A DNA stretch of 24,000 nt from Haloimpatiens lingqiaonensis. GTDB lineage: Bacteria > Bacillota > Clostridia > Clostridiales > Clostridiaceae. The stretch is taken from NCBI RefSeq assembly GCF_044502415.1, contig NZ_CP172402.1. The stretch is one strand, 5' to 3'. Shown one piece after another: positions 15,948 through 23,915 of this stretch; within the stretch, counting starts at the first letter, position 1; each line of letters begins with the position of its first letter. The notes below the pieces were generated by a model. It was not told where the DNA came from, ran no database searches, and was given only the letters and a program-made list of their open reading frames with translations. The position numbers and the translations under genes were made by a program.

Positions 15948-15976
15948 TTGACAGATACCAAATTTAGAAGTATTAT
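15948..15976 (+). promoter_or_regulatory. Sigma-A promoter for the permease/thioredoxin-like operon: TTGACA, 17-nt spacer, TATTAT
   Basis: Consensus -35 at 15948-15953 and -10 at 15971-15976. Confidence 0.5.
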
Positions 15977-16007
15977 AACTATATAAGTATTTCATTATAT
16001 AGTTATA
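15974..16007. promoter_or_regulatory. Perfect 13-bp inverted repeat TATAACTATATAA-N8-TTATATAGTTATA overlapping the -10 box; candidate ArsR operator
   Basis: Arms at 15974-15986 and 15995-16007, read directly. The position overlaps the promoter -10 and the likely transcription start. Confidence 0.45.
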
Positions 16008-16115
16008 CAGTTATATAATAAAATATGTAATTTAAATAAAAATTAAAAACTCTATATGAGTAGGTCTAAAAATATTATAAGGAGCATGTTTTTATGCTAA
16101 AAAGGAGGTTTTTTC

Positions 16116-17132
16116 ATGGGAATAATAGGTCAAATATTTAGTTTTCTTAACGCTCAACTTTTGAAAATGACTTGGCTTTATGAACTTGTAAGATTGCTTG
16201 TGGAGAAGGTATTTGGATTGTCAATTAAGGAAAGACTAGGTGGCAGCATACACTTTTTTATATATGATACCATAAAAATTTTCATACTGCTTTCGGTTTT
16301 AATATTTATAATTTCCTATATCCAAAGTTATTTTCCACCAGAGAGAACAAAGAAAATATTGGGTAATATCAAAGGAATCAAGGGAAATATATTAGGAGCA
16401 CTTTTAGGAACTATAACTCCATTTTGTAGCTGCTCTAGTATACCTATATTTATAGGCTTTACATCAGCAGGACTTCCACTTGGAATAACTTTTTCATTTT
16501 TAATATCTTCACCATTAGTGGATTTAGGTTCACTTATGATACTTATGTCATTCTTTGGGGCTAAAATAGCCATAGCATATGTAGTGGTGGGATTAGTACT
16601 TGCAGTAGTTGGTGGAACACTCATTGATAAATTAGGGATGGAAAAGTATGTAGAAGGTTATGTTAAAGAAATAGAAAATGTAGATGCTGAAGTAGTTGAA
16701 TTAAACCGCAAAGAAAGAATATCTTATTCTAAAGGGCAAGTTTTAGATATAATTCATAAAGTTTGGTTATATGTTTTCATTGGGGTAGGTATTGGAGCTG
16801 CCATCCACAACTGGATACCTCAATCTGTAATAGAAAATGTAGTGGGAAGTAAGAACCCATTTGCAGTAATACTTGCAACAGTGGTTGGAATTCCAATGTA
16901 TGCAGATATATTTGGAACCATTCCAATAGCAGAAGCGTTGTTTGCCAAAGGCGTAGGTATAGGAACTATATTGTCCTTTATGATGGCAGTAACGGCTCTT
17001 TCTCTACCATCAATGGTTATGCTTAGCAAAGTTGTAAAACGCAAATTATTGTATGTGTTTGTAGCAATAGTTGCTATGGGAATAATAATAATAGGATATT
17101 CATTTAATTTATATTCATATGTTTTTATGTAA
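16116..17132 (+). CDS. ArsP_1/DUF318-family permease (putative organoarsenical or metalloid efflux permease)
   Basis: 338-aa polytopic membrane protein with the family motif TPFCSCSSIP. AGGAGG RBS lies 7 nt upstream. It is followed by a redox-active disulfide protein and arsR. Confidence 0.85.
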   Translation: MGIIGQIFSFLNAQLLKMTWLYELVRLLVEKVFGLSIKERLGGSIHFFIYDTIKIFILLSVLIFIISYIQSYFPPERTKKILGNIKGIKGNILGALLGTITPFCSCSSIPIFIGFTSAGLPLGITFSFLISSPLVDLGSLMILMSFFGAKIAIAYVVVGLVLAVVGGTLIDKLGMEKYVEGYVKEIENVDAEVVELNRKERISYSKGQVLDIIHKVWLYVFIGVGIGAAIHNWIPQSVIENVVGSKNPFAVILATVVGIPMYADIFGTIPIAEALFAKGVGIGTILSFMMAVTALSLPSMVMLSKVVKRKLLYVFVAIVAMGIIIIGYSFNLYSYVFM

Positions 17133-17159
17133 ACAAATTATATTAAAGGTGGGAAAAAT

Positions 17160-17387
17160 ATGATAATTAAGGTTTTAGGTTCAGGATGTTGTAATTGCAA
17201 AAATTTAGAAGAAAATACAAGAAAGGCAGTGGAACAGTTAGGAATTCATGCAACGATTGAAAAAGTAACAGATATTAAGGAAATAATGTCTTATGGAGTA
17301 ATGAAAACTCCTGCTCTTGTAGTAGATGGAAAGGTAAAAATAATGGGAAGAGTTCCTTCAGCGGAAGAAATAAAAAAATATTTATAA
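17160..17387 (+). CDS. Thioredoxin-fold redox-active disulfide protein 2 family
   Basis: 75-aa protein MIIKVLGSGCCNCKNLEENT...TPALVVDGKV... of the type usually paired with ArsP_1 permeases. Confidence 0.85.
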   Translation: MIIKVLGSGCCNCKNLEENTRKAVEQLGIHATIEKVTDIKEIMSYGVMKTPALVVDGKVKIMGRVPSAEEIKKYL

Positions 17388-17445
17388 TTTCAAAGGGGTC
17401 TATAAAGGCTCCTTTTGTTAATATTTATTTGTAACAAAATCTATG

Positions 17446-17474
17446 TTGAAATGATATAGTAAGTAGCCTATACT
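17446..17474 (+). promoter_or_regulatory. Candidate promoter for arsR: TTGAAA, 17-nt spacer, TATACT
   Basis: Hexamers at 17446-17451 and 17469-17474. The spacer contains ATATAG-N8-CTATAC. Confidence 0.4.
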
Positions 17475-17585
17475 AAATACAAAATATAAAATTTAGTTTT
17501 ATGTTGATTTTGCAAGGATTTTAACGGAGAAGCCCTCACTTCAGCGTAAGCAAGTGGAGGAGAGTTCACTAGGGAGGTAACAAAT

Positions 17586-17882
17586 TTGAATTTTGATGAT
17601 TTTACAATAAATGTGCTTAAAGCTATGGCACATCCAGTTAGATATAAAATAATAAAATTTCTTTATGAAGGACCTAAATGTGTTTGCAAATTAAATGAAG
17701 AATTTGATTTTAGCCAAGCAAATCTTTCACAGCATCTTAGAATTTTAAAGGATGCGGGAATATTAAAAAGTGAAAAGGTTGGGCTGGAGACACATTATAG
17801 TTTATATAATGAAGATATAAAGGACATATTACAAAGTGTGGAGAAATACGTTGAAAAACTTTTAAATAATGCAACTAAGTAA
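17586..17882 (+). CDS. arsR: ArsR/SmtB-family metalloregulator
   Basis: TTG start lies 8 nt after GGGAGG. Features: LKAMAHPVRYKIIKFL, the CVC metal(loid)-binding motif (GPKCVCKL), and SQANLSQHLRILKDAGIL (HTH). Confidence 0.85.
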   Translation: MNFDDFTINVLKAMAHPVRYKIIKFLYEGPKCVCKLNEEFDFSQANLSQHLRILKDAGILKSEKVGLETHYSLYNEDIKDILQSVEKYVEKLLNNATK

Positions 17883-18108
17883 AGAAATTGCATAATTCCT
17901 TTTAAAATAAAATCTTATGAATATATGGTATAGACTCAATTGTCGAAATACGATATATTGTGACTATATTTTAAATTTATTAATTATGCAAATATCTCAA
18001 GTAGTAAATGTTGCATTGAAAAACGATATTTGTATTAGATAAAGTAGATTTTAAAAATTATGTATTGAGGCCTAGGTAGTAAATAATGAGTTGGTAAAGG
18101 ATGATGTT

Positions 18109-19737
18109 ATGTCTAGTGTTAAAATTATCCCTAAAAAGTTAAAAGGAACTATAGAAATCCCGCCTTCTAAAAGCCTAGCACATAGAGCTATAATAGCTGC
18201 AGGGCTTGCAGATGGGGAGAGCATTATAGAGAACATAGAGTATTCCAAAGACATACTTGCCACCATAGAAGGAATGAAGAATTTTGGAGTTAAGATAGAA
18301 GAGATAAATAATGAATTTGAAACCAAAAATGCAAATAATAAAGTGAATAAAGAGAAGATAAATAATAAAAATGAAGTGGAAAAGATAGATAATAAAGTTG
18401 AATTAAAAGAAACAAATAATAAAAATGAAGTTCAATATGTAAATAGCGATGTTGAAAAGGAAAATATAAGCAACAAGGCTTCAATGGAATATATAAATGA
18501 TGTGAGAAAAGTAACTTTAAAAATAAAAGGAACTGGCAATATAAAAATACAAAATGAAATTGTAGATTGTATAGAGTCTGGGTCTACTCTTAGATTTTTA
18601 ATACCAATAGCTTTGCTTCAAGGGGAAGATGAAGTTACCTTTGTTGGCAGAGGGAAACTTCCAGAAAGACCTTTAGATGAGTACTACAGTATTTTTAATA
18701 AGCAAACTATTTTTTATGAAAACAATAATGGAAAGCTGCCATTAAGTATAAAGGGAAGACTAAGATTTGGAGAGTTTTATGTTAAAGGAAATATAAGTTC
18801 TCAGTTTATTACAGGTTTAATGTTTGCACTTCCACTGTTAGATGGAGATTCAAAAATAATTATAACATCTAATTTAGAATCCAAGCCTTATGTGGATTTG
18901 ACCATAGATATGTTAAAAAAGTTTGGGATAGAAATAGATAATAAAGGATACAAGGAATTTTATATAAAGGGAAATCAAAGGTATAAAAATAGAAAATACA
19001 AGGTAGAAGGTGACTTTTCTCAAGCTGCTTTTTGGCTTATAGGAGGCCTACTGGGAGAAGACATTAAATGTGAAAATTTAGATATAAATTCTCTTCAGGG
19101 AGATAAGAAAATACTCAACATTATAAGAAAGATGGGCGGGAATTTAACTATAAATGAAAGCTTTATTCAGTCCACTTTAAAATTAATTAATAAAAAAAAT
19201 GGAATTTTTAATGATGAAACAGATTTAAAATTAATTAATGAAAAAAACAAAACTTTTAATGATGAAACAGATTTTATTAGAAATAAGTTTTCAAAATTAA
19301 TCAAAGAAACATTTGAAGATACTTTACAAAGGGATACCATGATTATAGATGTAGCCCAAATTCCAGATTTAGTACCTATTTTAGCAGTGGCTGGCACCGC
19401 AGGATATGGAGTTACAAAAATTATAAATGCCCAAAGAGTTAGAATAAAGGAATGCGACAGATTGCATGCTATAGCTTGTGAATTAAATAAAATTGGAGGG
19501 GACATTCAAGAGCTTCAGGATGGCTTGATTATAAATGGAGTTGGTAAATTAAAAGGTGGAGAAGTTGAGAGCTGGAACGATCACAGAATAGCTATGGCTT
19601 TAGGCATAGCATCTGCCCTTTGTCATGAGCCTTTAATAATAAAAAATAGTGAAGTTGTGGGAAAATCCTATCCAGATTTTTGGGGGGATTTTAAAAAATT
19701 AGGTGGTGATGTACTTGAGTGGAATGTGGGGAAATAA
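18109..19737 (+). CDS. aroA: 3-phosphoshikimate 1-carboxyvinyltransferase (EPSP synthase) with two in-frame low-complexity insertions
   Basis: Family motifs PPSKSLAHRAIIAA, ESGSTLRFLIP, VEGDFSQAAFW, QIPDLVPILAV, RVRIKECDRL and NDHRIAMA. ATG 18109 lies 7 nt after AAGGA. The product is 542 aa, against the roughly 420-450 aa typical of the family. Confidence 0.9.
   Translation: MSSVKIIPKKLKGTIEIPPSKSLAHRAIIAAGLADGESIIENIEYSKDILATIEGMKNFGVKIEEINNEFETKNANNKVNKEKINNKNEVEKIDNKVELKETNNKNEVQYVNSDVEKENISNKASMEYINDVRKVTLKIKGTGNIKIQNEIVDCIESGSTLRFLIPIALLQGEDEVTFVGRGKLPERPLDEYYSIFNKQTIFYENNNGKLPLSIKGRLRFGEFYVKGNISSQFITGLMFALPLLDGDSKIIITSNLESKPYVDLTIDMLKKFGIEIDNKGYKEFYIKGNQRYKNRKYKVEGDFSQAAFWLIGGLLGEDIKCENLDINSLQGDKKILNIIRKMGGNLTINESFIQSTLKLINKKNGIFNDETDLKLINEKNKTFNDETDFIRNKFSKLIKETFEDTLQRDTMIIDVAQIPDLVPILAVAGTAGYGVTKIINAQRVRIKECDRLHAIACELNKIGGDIQELQDGLIINGVGKLKGGEVESWNDHRIAMALGIASALCHEPLIIKNSEVVGKSYPDFWGDFKKLGGDVLEWNVGK
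19177..19272 (+). repeat. Two tandem 48-bp units inside aroA (16-aa units LKLINKKNGIFNDETD / LKLINEKNKTFNDETD)
   Basis: Units at 19177-19224 and 19225-19272 align along their full length with a few substitutions. Confidence 0.85.
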
Positions 19738-20794
19738 AATAAAGTATTCTATATTTGGAGAATCCCATGGAGAGGGCATTGGCATGGTTATAGATGGATT
19801 GGAGCCGGGTATAGAATTGGATTTAGACTTTATAGAAGGTGAAATGGCAAGGAGAGCTCCGGGCAAAGATAAGCTTTCTACCACAAGAAAAGAAGGAGAT
19901 AATTTTAAAATATTAAGTGGATTTTTTAAGGGGAAAACCACAGGCACCCCTTTCTGTGTATTTATAGAAAATACCAATAAAAAGAGTGGCGACTATGATA
20001 AAATTAAAGAAACAATAAGGCCTTCTCATGGTGATTACACGGGAAAAATAAGATATAATGGTTTTAATGATTACAGAGGGGGAGGACATTTTTCTGGAAG
20101 ACTAACGGCACCGCTGGTTTTTGCAGGAGCAATAGCAAAGCAGATTCTCAAAAGGCAAAACATAATAATAGGCAGTCACATAAAAAGCATAAAAAATATT
20201 CAAGATGACTATTTTAATGAGGATAATTTAAAAGAATCAACCATAGAAAGTCTTTTAGCTCAAGATTTTCCCCTAATAGATATAAATAAAAAAGAAATAA
20301 TGGAAGAAGAAATATTAAAGGCTAGAGAGGAAAAAGATTCTCTAGGTGGAGTAATAGAATGTGCTATTTTAAATGTTAAGCCTGGAGTTGGTGAGCCTTT
20401 TTTTAACTCTGTGGAAAGTACCCTATCACAGCTTTTATTTTCAATTCCTGCTATAAAGGGAGTTGAATTTGGATTGGGTTTTGAAATTACTAAGCTAAAG
20501 GGCTCAGAGGCAAATGACGAGTTTTATGTAGAAGAAGATACTATTAAAACTTACAGCAATAATAATGGTGGCATACTTGGAGGAATAACAAACGGCATGC
20601 CAATTGTATTTAGGGTAGCAGTGAAGCCAACCCCATCCATAGGCAAGCCTCAAAGAACAGTGGATATTTCTAAAATGGAAAACACCCTTTTAGAGATAGA
20701 AGGAAGACACGACCCATGTATTGTTAAAAGAGCTGTACCAGTAATAGAAGCTGCAGCGGCCATGGCTATACTAGAATTGATAAAAGAGGGGTAA
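19715..20794 (+). CDS. aroC: Chorismate synthase
   Basis: Family motifs WGNKIKYSIFGESHGEGIG, RPSHGDYT, GGGHFSGR and GRHDPC. The ORF opens at 19703. I prefer TTG 19715 (8 nt after AGGTGG), but the start is uncertain. The gene overlaps the aroA stop (19735-19737). Confidence 0.88.
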   Translation: MSGMWGNKIKYSIFGESHGEGIGMVIDGLEPGIELDLDFIEGEMARRAPGKDKLSTTRKEGDNFKILSGFFKGKTTGTPFCVFIENTNKKSGDYDKIKETIRPSHGDYTGKIRYNGFNDYRGGGHFSGRLTAPLVFAGAIAKQILKRQNIIIGSHIKSIKNIQDDYFNEDNLKESTIESLLAQDFPLIDINKKEIMEEEILKAREEKDSLGGVIECAILNVKPGVGEPFFNSVESTLSQLLFSIPAIKGVEFGLGFEITKLKGSEANDEFYVEEDTIKTYSNNNGGILGGITNGMPIVFRVAVKPTPSIGKPQRTVDISKMENTLLEIEGRHDPCIVKRAVPVIEAAAAMAILELIKEG

Positions 20795-20798
20795 AACT

Positions 20799-21272
20799 AT
20801 GATCCAATTAGACATACCAGGATATAAAAAACTAGAAATTAAAAATATAGTATTTGATTTTAATGGAACTATAGCAAAAGATGGAGTTTTAGTAGAGGGA
20901 ATAAGGGAAAGAATTCAAGCCTTGAAGGATTTAGGATTAGATATATATGTATTAACGGCTGATACTAACGGTTCTGTGGCACAGCAGTGCAAGGATCTTC
21001 CAGTGAATATAGAGATTTTTCCAAAGGGAGATGCACTGGAGGAAAAAAAGAACGTAGTTGAAAGATTAGGAGCAGATAACACTATAGCTGTAGCCAATGG
21101 CAGAAACGACCTGGAAATGTTTAAAAGCAGCGCATTATCCATTGCCATACTTGGCAGTGAGGGATGTTATTCAAAAACATTACTAGAGGCAGACATAGTA
21201 GTGAATAGTTCAGTAGATGCAGCAGAGCTTTTATTGAAGCAAAATAGAATTATAGCTACATTGAGAATATAA
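20799..21272 (+). CDS. HAD-superfamily protein of the soluble P-type-ATPase-like group (COG4087)
   Basis: 157-aa protein with VFDFNGT (HAD motif I), LTADT, and GNGRNDLEM-like motif IV (VANGRNDLEMF). ATG lies 4 nt after the aroC stop, with AGAGGGG inside the end of aroC. Confidence 0.75.
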   Translation: MIQLDIPGYKKLEIKNIVFDFNGTIAKDGVLVEGIRERIQALKDLGLDIYVLTADTNGSVAQQCKDLPVNIEIFPKGDALEEKKNVVERLGADNTIAVANGRNDLEMFKSSALSIAILGSEGCYSKTLLEADIVVNSSVDAAELLLKQNRIIATLRI

Positions 21273-21424
21273 AGGGAGCTACTAAATCTTTATAATATAA
21301 TTTAGTAGAAGGTATATAATTTAAAGGGGTTAATGGAAATTTATTTAATTAAAAATTGGAAATATTTAAGAAATGCCATATAATATTAGATATTTACAAG
21401 AAATAAAAATGGAGGAGTATAGTT

Positions 21425-22335
21425 GTGGGGAATATTGATAATAAGGATTTTATTAATGCAGTAGAAAATATAAAGGACAGGCTTGCTGTAATTAAAAATT
21501 TATATGATGTTTTAAGAATAGTAGATCCTAAGGGAAAAAAGACCTTATACGTAGAGGGAGAAAAAGAAGTTCCAAAAGAAGAAAATTGCTATGATTTTTG
21601 GAGAGGTGGAAAGTGTTGTGAAAACTGTATTTCTATGAGGGCGTATAATGAAGAGGAGACGTTTTTTAAAGTTGAATATAATAAAGAAAAGGTATTTTTA
21701 ATAACTGCAGCCCCAGTAATTGTAAACTCTAAAAAATATGTTATTGAAATATTAAAAGATATAACGGAAAAAGGTTTTTTCTCAGAAGATAGAGAAAAGG
21801 GCATAACAAAATTTAAAAATATAATAAGAGATATAAATGAGCTGGCTATAAAGGATGAATTAACAGGAATATATAATAGAAGATATATAAATGAGAGAAT
21901 GCCTGTGGATGTGAGTAATAATATATTAGAAAATAAGCCCATATCAATAATAATGGCTGACATCGATTTTTTTAAGAATATTAATGACACCTATGGTCAT
22001 TTAATAGGTGACAAGGTGATTAGAGATGTAGCTAATATTATAAATAAAAATATAAGGAATAGCAGCGATTGGTTGGCCAGGTATGGAGGAGAAGAATTTT
22101 TAATTGTATTGAGCAATACTACAGGAGAAGGAGCTTACACAGTAGCTGAAAAGATAAGAACAATTATAGAAAAAAAGAGTTTGTATATGATTCTGTGAAA
22201 TTTAAAATCACAGTAAGCTTTGGGGTACATACTATAGATAAAGAAAAAAGCGGCATTGAAAATTTTATTGAACAAGCAGATAAAAATTTATATGAAGCTA
22301 AAAATAGTGGAAGAAATAAAACTATTTTAGGGTAA
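21425..22335 (+). pseudogene. GGDEF diguanylate cyclase with an N-terminal Cys-rich PAS-like sensor, interrupted by a frameshift in an A7 run (22170-22176)
   Basis: The first frame has DELTGIYNRR, ADIDFFKNINDTYGH and RYGGEEFLIVL, then stops at 22196-22198. The frame shifted by one A reads EFVYDSVKFKITVSFGVHTIDKEKSGIENFIEQADKNLYEAKNSGRNKTILG*, the normal GGDEF C-terminus, ending at 22335. Confidence 0.8.
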
Positions 22336-22336
22336 G

Positions 22337-22368
22337 AGAGTAGTCCTTGGGGTTACTCTTTTTATTTT
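22337..22368 (+). terminator. Rho-independent terminator after the GGDEF gene
   Basis: AGAGTAGTCC (22337-22346) pairs with GGGGTTACTCT (22349-22359) including G-U pairs, followed by TTTTTATTTT. Confidence 0.6.
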
Positions 22369-22438
22369 AAATAAATACTGAAATTATGGTTTTTACTGTG
22401 AGTTTTCTATGCATTCATAAATTATTAAAAAACATTTG

Positions 22439-23915
22439 TTATAACTTAACTTCTTTAATTTAAGAAGTTGAAATACCAATTGTAGATTCAAATTCCTTGG
22501 CAGGAATATAGTTACAGTGTTTCACACTATATTGGTCCTATAAATAACTTGAAAATTTTTCTAAGAAGCTAATTTCAGCTCATCAAGTATTAATTCTATG
22601 GGTACATTGTTTTTAGCTTGCTCATAAATAAAATGCACTAATTCTTTAGCCGCTAGGCTTTTAACAGATTTTATAGTGTCGCCAATGGTCTGAAGCTCCT
22701 TAAGATGATGCAACCTATAAATTTCTAGAAAATTGATTGCTAAGAATGTAAGCAGAAAGTATCTCTCGATAGAGAGTATACCTTGAACCTTATATTCGTC
22801 AAAGCCTAAATGTGTTTTAAGATATTTGTAGTTCGTTTCAATGCTCCATCTTTTTAGATAGTATTTTATTATAGTTTCGTTGCTAAGTTCTACATCTGTA
22901 GACATTAGATACACAGGGTCTTTGAAAGTATCTCCATCAACTTCATAGCAAATTAACGCTGTTGCGTTTTCAAACTTTGAAACTTTACCTTCGTATCTAT
23001 ATACTCTATACTCAGTTCCTTCGATGGTAACTACATCTAAGGTAGCTGGATTTATATATTTAGCAAATTCTTTAATTTGCATTGTGATTCCTAATGGAGA
23101 GATTTTTCTGTTAGATTTCAAAGCACCAATGAGGTTAAAACCTTTTAGCAGAGAACCTTCGATTAGCTTTTCGCTTGTATACCAACTGTCAACAAGACAA
23201 TATATTTTGTCACAGTTAGTGGGTTTTTCAAAAGAGCTAATAAAATCTAAAGCTATATCTGTTTTGCCCATAAAAGTTTTATTGTGTTTTTTACAGTTTT
23301 CTTCATTTAAATAAGGCTTGTAGTTTAAAGGGATAGACATATCCCCTGCAACAAAATTAGAGGTAACAACACAGTGAGACCAAAGAGTTTTGCCTTCTGT
23401 ATGGCAGTGATTGTAGCTTAAGCCTTGCATTTTCTTTGCTTGAGTCTTAGGATTCACAGTATCATCTATCACCAGAAATCCTACGGATTTTGGCTTTATG
23501 AGTTTATTAAAATGCAAATTTAGATAATTAATACGATTTCTATCAATGAGACTATCGTCCCATTTAGAGTGACTCAAAAATCTATATATAGAACTGCTGC
23601 TTTTAGCAGTTAATATATGCTCTGAAACTTTTAATAAGGATTTTGTGCCATCTAAGTTTATTAATCCATCAATAATAGTGGTTAAATGATGAAATTGTGG
23701 CTTATTCATTCCATAGTTTACATCATTTAAATAATTGTAAAGTTCATCATTTATGGATATAATATGGTTAGTAAATTTATTTGGCATACTGACAACCTCC
23801 CGTGTGATTAATTGAGTAATAACTTTTATATATCACGGAAACCGTCGGTGTGCCATATTTATTTTTTGGTAGCATTACCAATTTGACTTTTTATTTTGCA
23901 GAACTAAAGTTATAA
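22439..23915 (-). mobile_element. Insertion sequence (IS4 family); boundaries tentative
   Basis: Candidate terminal inverted repeats TTATAACTTAACTTCT (22439-22454) and the reverse complement of 23900-23915, TTATAACTTTAGTTCT (14 of 16 identical). I found no target-site duplication, so the ends are uncertain. Confidence 0.4.
22561..23787 (-). CDS. IS4-family DDE transposase
   Basis: 408-aa protein with candidate catalytic D (LVIDDT), D (LVDSWY) and E in YLKRWSIETNYKYLK. That segment fits the IS4-family signature Y-2-R-3-E-6-K exactly. GGAGG lies 8 nt upstream. Confidence 0.9.
   Translation of the reverse strand: MPNKFTNHIISINDELYNYLNDVNYGMNKPQFHHLTTIIDGLINLDGTKSLLKVSEHILTAKSSSSIYRFLSHSKWDDSLIDRNRINYLNLHFNKLIKPKSVGFLVIDDTVNPKTQAKKMQGLSYNHCHTEGKTLWSHCVVTSNFVAGDMSIPLNYKPYLNEENCKKHNKTFMGKTDIALDFISSFEKPTNCDKIYCLVDSWYTSEKLIEGSLLKGFNLIGALKSNRKISPLGITMQIKEFAKYINPATLDVVTIEGTEYRVYRYEGKVSKFENATALICYEVDGDTFKDPVYLMSTDVELSNETIIKYYLKRWSIETNYKYLKTHLGFDEYKVQGILSIERYFLLTFLAINFLEIYRLHHLKELQTIGDTIKSVKSLAAKELVHFIYEQAKNNVPIELILDELKLAS

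Noticed and set aside
17883-18108. Possible T-box or other aromatic-amino-acid leader upstream of aroA
   Set aside because: There is no T-box sequence (AGGGUGGUACCGCG-like) and no terminator/antiterminator pair. Only short repeats of AACGATAT(A)TTG are present.
21279-21308. Inverted repeat CTACTAAAT-N12-ATTTAGTAG after the HAD gene
   Set aside because: It could be a weak terminator or a binding site, but it has a 12-nt loop, an A/T-rich stem and no T-tail. The support is too weak to annotate.
16328-23314. Antisense ORFs at 16328-16624, 16820-17044, 18072-18326, 18290-18484, 19167-19505, 19699-19977, 20915-21148, 21589-21990 and 23024-23314
   Set aside because: They sit opposite the permease, aroA, aroC, HAD, GGDEF and transposase genes. 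Those at 18290 and 19167 stay open only because of the low-complexity aroA inserts.
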